A stretch of 38,832 bases of DNA from a virus (Duplodnaviria > Caudoviricetes): the IMG/VR virus record IMGVR_UViG_3300046779_001880, positions 1 to 38,832 of that record; one strand, written 5' to 3'. Below, in pieces: positions 35,219-38,832 of the stretch (positions are counted from its first letter, which is position 1; each line of letters begins with the position of its first letter). Below the pieces are notes generated by a model. It was not told the origin of the DNA and did no database searches. It saw only the letters and a program-made list of their open reading frames with translations. The translations under genes were made by a program, and so were the position numbers.

Positions 35219-35991
35219 ACTTGTGTATGATGAATAAATCGGTCTAACTTGGTGGTGAATGTGTCCATAAGGTTTATATATTTGTCTCTAAAAAGTGGTA
35301 TATCGAGCTTCTTTTCCTCATCTTTCTCAAACGACACCCCATCCATCCCTGGCTCGTATAAGTCTGTGAGTTCCTGCTGTGTATAGGTAGTAGATGCCCC
35401 TTGAGGGAAGAAAACCACTCTACACCCGCATAAACGGGCAATTTCGACCATTGCAGTGGGGTTCTCGTAGGAATAGAACACCGAGCATGTGTTGAGTGTG
35501 TCTGCAAGTACCTGCTGGTCAATAGCCACCCTTGCGTCAATCTCTATAGCTTTTGCAGGGTGGAGGTTGAGATTTCTACCCTTTCCAACGAAGTAACACG
35601 TCTTATTCCTCAGTCTCTTTTGATTTTTGAAGATATGAGTATTAAGGATAGGGAGAAAGAGTATATGATCGCTGTCTACTCCGAATGTATCGTATATCTT
35701 TGAGAACACATATATCTCATCTTCCTTATCAAATGTCATCGGTCCTGGCACGCCATAGGTAGCCATCACTCCAGGCTTATTTAGGATATATCTCACCACC
35801 CTTTGAGCATTAAGTGGGTTGCCATGTGTTATCTCAGGATATATCGCAGTGAAAGGGGTGTGCCATGAGGCGTTAGTGGTTGCAAGCTGTCCTTTGGCAA
35901 GAAGGTGTCCGAATAGTCCCCACATTACACGAATACCGCCTGAAAGAGGGTTAAATTCAGGAGTCCAGATAGAATAAGGTTTATAGCTCAT
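35215..35991 (-). CDS. Putative glycosyltransferase-related protein (WavQ-like)
   Basis: YSIWTPEF..SGGIRVM..L, IYPEI..GNPLNA..VVRYILNKPG, YSYE..EIARLCGC. Confidence 0.55.
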   Translation of the reverse strand: MSYKPYSIWTPEFNPLSGGIRVMWGLFGHLLAKGQLATTNASWHTPFTAIYPEITHGNPLNAQRVVRYILNKPGVMATYGVPGPMTFDKEDEIYVFSKIYDTFGVDSDHILFLPILNTHIFKNQKRLRNKTCYFVGKGRNLNLHPAKAIEIDARVAIDQQVLADTLNTCSVFYSYENPTAMVEIARLCGCRVVFFPQGASTTYTQQELTDLYEPGMDGVSFEKDEEKKLDIPLFRDKYINLMDTFTTKLDRFIHHTQV

Positions 35992-36916
35992 ATTGTTCCC
36001 AAGGATAACTACTAATACCGAAGTGTCCCCTAGTGGCTGTTTCAAGGTATATTGGTCTGCGTAGGTTGAATCTTTCAATGATGGCCTCAGGTCTACAGTC
36101 AAAACCAAAGTAGGACTCTTTACCGTCTACGATAGCCATTTTCATCACTGGCTCAGCGCTCCCTATAACATATCCGAGCTTAACAAGTACCTCGTCAGCG
36201 CCGAGGGTGTGTAGAAGTTGCAAAGCTACCCATCGTGCCATGTATGCTGCACTTCTGTCTACTTTTGTGGGATCTTTGCCTGAGAATGCGCCACCACCAA
36301 CAGGTACTCGTGGTCCATATGCGTCAATAACTATCTTTCTCCCTGTAAGCCCTGCATCAGCGTCAAAACCTCCCACTACAAATGAACCTGTATTGTTGCA
36401 GTAGGATTTAACCCCTGGGTATTTGTCATGCAGGTACGAATGTAGCTCGTCTGGTGTCTTACCACAGACCGAGAGAACCACATTGTCCATAAACATATCA
36501 ACCAGAGTCACTTGACTCTTTCCATCAGTATCAAAAGGACTTAAAATCTCCCGTGCAAGATATAGTTCGTTGGGTATCCATGCCTCATTGTCCCGACACG
36601 CATATCCCACCATTACCCCCTGATCCCCTGCACCGCCTGTATTGACTCCTTGTGATATCTCAGGTGATTGTGTAGTGATATGAGTGTAGACCTTAGCGGG
36701 TCTACCGTAGACCTTGAGCGCTACTTGCTCATAGTCCACCTCTGCTTTAGTGGTTATCTCACCTGTTAGAAATATCTCACCATGTCCACCCATCGTCTCT
36801 ACAGCCACCCGACTCATTGGATCTTGTCTGAGACACTCATCTAAGATAGCGTCTGATATGCGGTCACAGATTTTGTCAGGGTGATATGGGGTTACGCTTT
36901 CTGCTATGTATATCAT
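35981..36916 (-). CDS. metK: S-adenosylmethionine synthetase (compact, ~311 aa)
   Basis: ESVT..HPDKICDRISD, GAGDQG, DAGLTGRKI..DAYG, GGGAFSGKDPTKVDRSAAY, GHFG..PWE. Confidence 0.95.
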   Translation of the reverse strand: MIYIAESVTPYHPDKICDRISDAILDECLRQDPMSRVAVETMGGHGEIFLTGEITTKAEVDYEQVALKVYGRPAKVYTHITTQSPEISQGVNTGGAGDQGVMVGYACRDNEAWIPNELYLAREILSPFDTDGKSQVTLVDMFMDNVVLSVCGKTPDELHSYLHDKYPGVKSYCNNTGSFVVGGFDADAGLTGRKIVIDAYGPRVPVGGGAFSGKDPTKVDRSAAYMARWVALQLLHTLGADEVLVKLGYVIGSAEPVMKMAIVDGKESYFGFDCRPEAIIERFNLRRPIYLETATRGHFGISSYPWEQYEL

Positions 36917-37101
36917 TTTATTGGTGTTATATAACGTGCTTCCGATGTGCATCCGCGTTCAATCTTTTCCTCATTTCTAAAGGAACCTATGATATCTCTG
37001 TATTTGATTGCATCTATCCAGTCATCCCTTTCAACCTGCTTGAATACATCCTCTCTTGATATCTCTACCATGGGTAGACTCTGTATTTTTTCTATATTCA
37101 T
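36913..37101 (-). CDS. Small hypothetical protein
   Basis: 62 aa, ATGA-coupled on both sides. Confidence 0.5.
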   Translation of the reverse strand: MNIEKIQSLPMVEISREDVFKQVERDDWIDAIKYRDIIGSFRNEEKIERGCTSEARYITPIK

Positions 37102-37835
37102 AAGGTGCCATATTTAACTGATTTACCATATCCGCCGAGAAAGTTCATGTAGTCTATTACTTCCTGAGAAAATCCAAGCTGTTCAGGTTTAGGCTTTTGT
37201 ATACCACCTTTTGCAAAATGGTACATGTATACCTGTTCTTTACGACACATAACCTTTCCGTCTTTGATATAGAACTCTGTCTCACGCCCCAGAGATTTGC
37301 AACCATAGTAGTCCTTGTCCTTGTCAAATATCTTGAGCTTCATTCGATTAACGATAGGATCGTTATATATCACTAAGTTCATCACATCATTCTCCTTACA
37401 CTTATACCCCATTGCATCTTTGTTGAAATGCTCCCATATATTCCAGAAGCCTTTGTTTGTTGAGGCTACGAGTCCACCCTGTAAGAACATATCCTCAGTC
37501 ACGTTCTCTACACTCGTATTCTCGTAATCGTTCTTATTGATAGGACAGCCTACATCATAATCACCCTTGAGTATCTCGGTACATCTATCTAGGAAGATAT
37601 GGTCTGCATCTACGTTCACCACGAGGTCATATTTATCCATAAGAAGTTTGGCAAAAGTAGGCTTCGCCATGTAAAAGTTGATATTTTTCTCCTTAAATAC
37701 CTTGTCTATCATATCCTGCCTGAACACCACCATGTCTATGTCAGGATGAAACCTCTTGAATGAGTTTATCATCATGGGAGTATTGACGGGGTAATAAAAC
37801 CTGTCGTCTACAATGGTAAAGAATACAGTTCTCAT
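37098..37835 (-). CDS. GT-A fold glycosyltransferase-like protein (GT8-like)
   Basis: NSFKRFHPD, AKP, VNVDADH (DxD), LQGGLV, ENDVMNL, YHFAKG. Confidence 0.7.
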   Translation of the reverse strand: MRTVFFTIVDDRFYYPVNTPMMINSFKRFHPDIDMVVFRQDMIDKVFKEKNINFYMAKPTFAKLLMDKYDLVVNVDADHIFLDRCTEILKGDYDVGCPINKNDYENTSVENVTEDMFLQGGLVASTNKGFWNIWEHFNKDAMGYKCKENDVMNLVIYNDPIVNRMKLKIFDKDKDYYGCKSLGRETEFYIKDGKVMCRKEQVYMYHFAKGGIQKPKPEQLGFSQEVIDYMNFLGGYGKSVKYGTL

Positions 37836-38488
37836 CGGTAAAAAAGTATAACTACGGCTGAACTGTCGTAACGCTTGGCTTTGTACCCAAGTGACATCAT
37901 GTGTTCAACTAGTTTAGGGAACGTGGGATAATGCATCTCCATCATAATTGCGTCTATCTTTGGTGCCACCTTTAGGAAACCTTCACTCCTATAAATAAGA
38001 TCCTCTGCACCCTCTACATCTGATTTTATGAAGTCAATATGCTCTATTTTGTTTTGCTCAAAGAAGGTATCAAAGGCAACTGTTTTTACTGTCTGTCCAC
38101 CCTGTTTGTAATCATTTACGAGTGAGTGACTAGTACGATTTGCAGGGAGGTAGTTTAGTTGCATCTCCCCATCTTTATCTGCAAATGCTACGTTAAATGT
38201 TTCGACATTATCCCAATTGTTGTATTCTTTGTTCTTTTGTAGAGCTTCAAAGTGTTCTGTCGATGGCTCAATGGCGTAAATCTTCTTAGCATTATTAAGC
38301 ATATATTGTGTGACAATCCCCAAATTTGCACCCAAATCCATAATAGTCATATCCTTCTTAGTATTCAGTATGTCTATATAAAGCCCTTCAATGTATATCT
38401 CCTTATATATGTAAGGAATGAATAAGTTATCAAACTTGATAGGATTCTCATCCGTACCCTTTGGATAAAATAGTGCGCCGAGTGCCAT
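37832..38488 (-). CDS. FkbM-family SAM-dependent methyltransferase
   Basis: MDLGANLG, YAIEP, IDFIKSDVEGAE, MEMH. Confidence 0.9.
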   Translation of the reverse strand: MALGALFYPKGTDENPIKFDNLFIPYIYKEIYIEGLYIDILNTKKDMTIMDLGANLGIVTQYMLNNAKKIYAIEPSTEHFEALQKNKEYNNWDNVETFNVAFADKDGEMQLNYLPANRTSHSLVNDYKQGGQTVKTVAFDTFFEQNKIEHIDFIKSDVEGAEDLIYRSEGFLKVAPKIDAIMMEMHYPTFPKLVEHMMSLGYKAKRYDSSAVVILFYR

Positions 38489-38491
38489 AGG

Positions 38492-38635
38492 TTATTGAAT
38501 AATTTTTAATCTTTCTAATACCTTTTTGAATAGTCTCAGCTCCAACTCTTTCGGAAATGGTTTATCTATAATCGATCTGGGTGAGTTTATGAGTATTTTG
38601 GCTAACTCTTGAGCCATGATGTGTTCTGTCTTCAT
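38492..38635 (-). CDS. 47-aa hypothetical protein
   Basis: MKTEHIMAQELAKILINSPRSIIDKPFPKELELRLFKKVLERLKIIQ; ATGA-coupled, ends 3 nt before the FkbM ATG. Confidence 0.45.
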   Translation of the reverse strand: MKTEHIMAQELAKILINSPRSIIDKPFPKELELRLFKKVLERLKIIQ

Positions 38636-38832
38636 CTTTTCAATGAAATAAATTGTGGAGTCTTTGCATCCACGAGCTTTTGCATAAGGTCTGGTATCTC
38701 TTCTTTGTCCATAGGATAGTGCTGTGTTATGTTAGGAAGGCAGTCAAGGATTTGTCTTACATCCTCACTCTGGTGAGATATACCATCGTGGGCATAGTCA
38801 TTGTCCCTCCCTGAAGCACAGAGGATGACGGG
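38632..38832 (-). CDS. 3' end of the transketolase-like pyrimidine-binding subunit (continuation of 1-403)
   Basis: ...YPMDKEEIPDLMQKLVDAKTPQFISLKR* in frame across the junction. Confidence 0.85.
   Translation of the reverse strand, partial: PVILCASGRDNDYAHDGISHQSEDVRQILDCLPNITQHYPMDKEEIPDLMQKLVDAKTPQFISLKR
38706..38832. repeat. Terminal direct repeat (copy of 1-127)
   Basis: Exact match to the window start. Confidence 0.95.

Noticed and set aside
38706-38832. Biological terminal repeat of the virion DNA
   Set aside because: 127 bp matches a standard assembler k-mer and falls mid-gene; best explained as circular overlap
1-38832. Stop-codon reassignment
   Set aside because: Long genes are intact under code 11, and TGA, TAG and TAA all terminate genes with tight coupling

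Overview
The window is an apparently complete circular dsDNA phage genome of 38,705 bp; bases 1-127 are repeated exactly at 38706-38832, which is an assembly overlap. It looks podovirus-like: P22/T7-style adaptor and stabiliser genes plus large ejection proteins, and no tape measure. The minus strand carries NinG-like nuclease, ParB-fused DNA methyltransferase, HNH, terminase, portal, scaffold and major capsid genes. Across the contig junction follows a ~6.7 kb sugar-modification cluster (NDP-sugar epimerase/reductase, split transketolase-like pair, FkbM methyltransferase, compact MetK, three glycosyltransferase-like genes), then ejection, tail and lysis genes. The plus strand (11.4-18.4 kb) carries a lambda O-like initiator with internal iterons, Sak/Rad52-like annealase, exonuclease, SSB-like protein and many small accessory genes. 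A frameshifted, truncated IS1595-family element with passenger genes lies at 18.77-20.27 kb and is fused at a GATC to a truncated tail gene. Most notable: (i) the glycan/SAM cluster inside the virion region, with its own promoter; (ii) three late modules sharing a promoter / ACAAG / terminator-hairpin / ATG leader, next to two YezD/DUF2292-like mini-proteins (candidate antitermination system); (iii) an R-S-E ADP-ribosyltransferase-like cassette inside the 1290-aa ejection protein; (iv) candidate structured ncRNAs. No integrase, repressor, tRNA, CRISPR array or reverse transcriptase was recognised. All family calls come from motif recognition by eye, not database searches.
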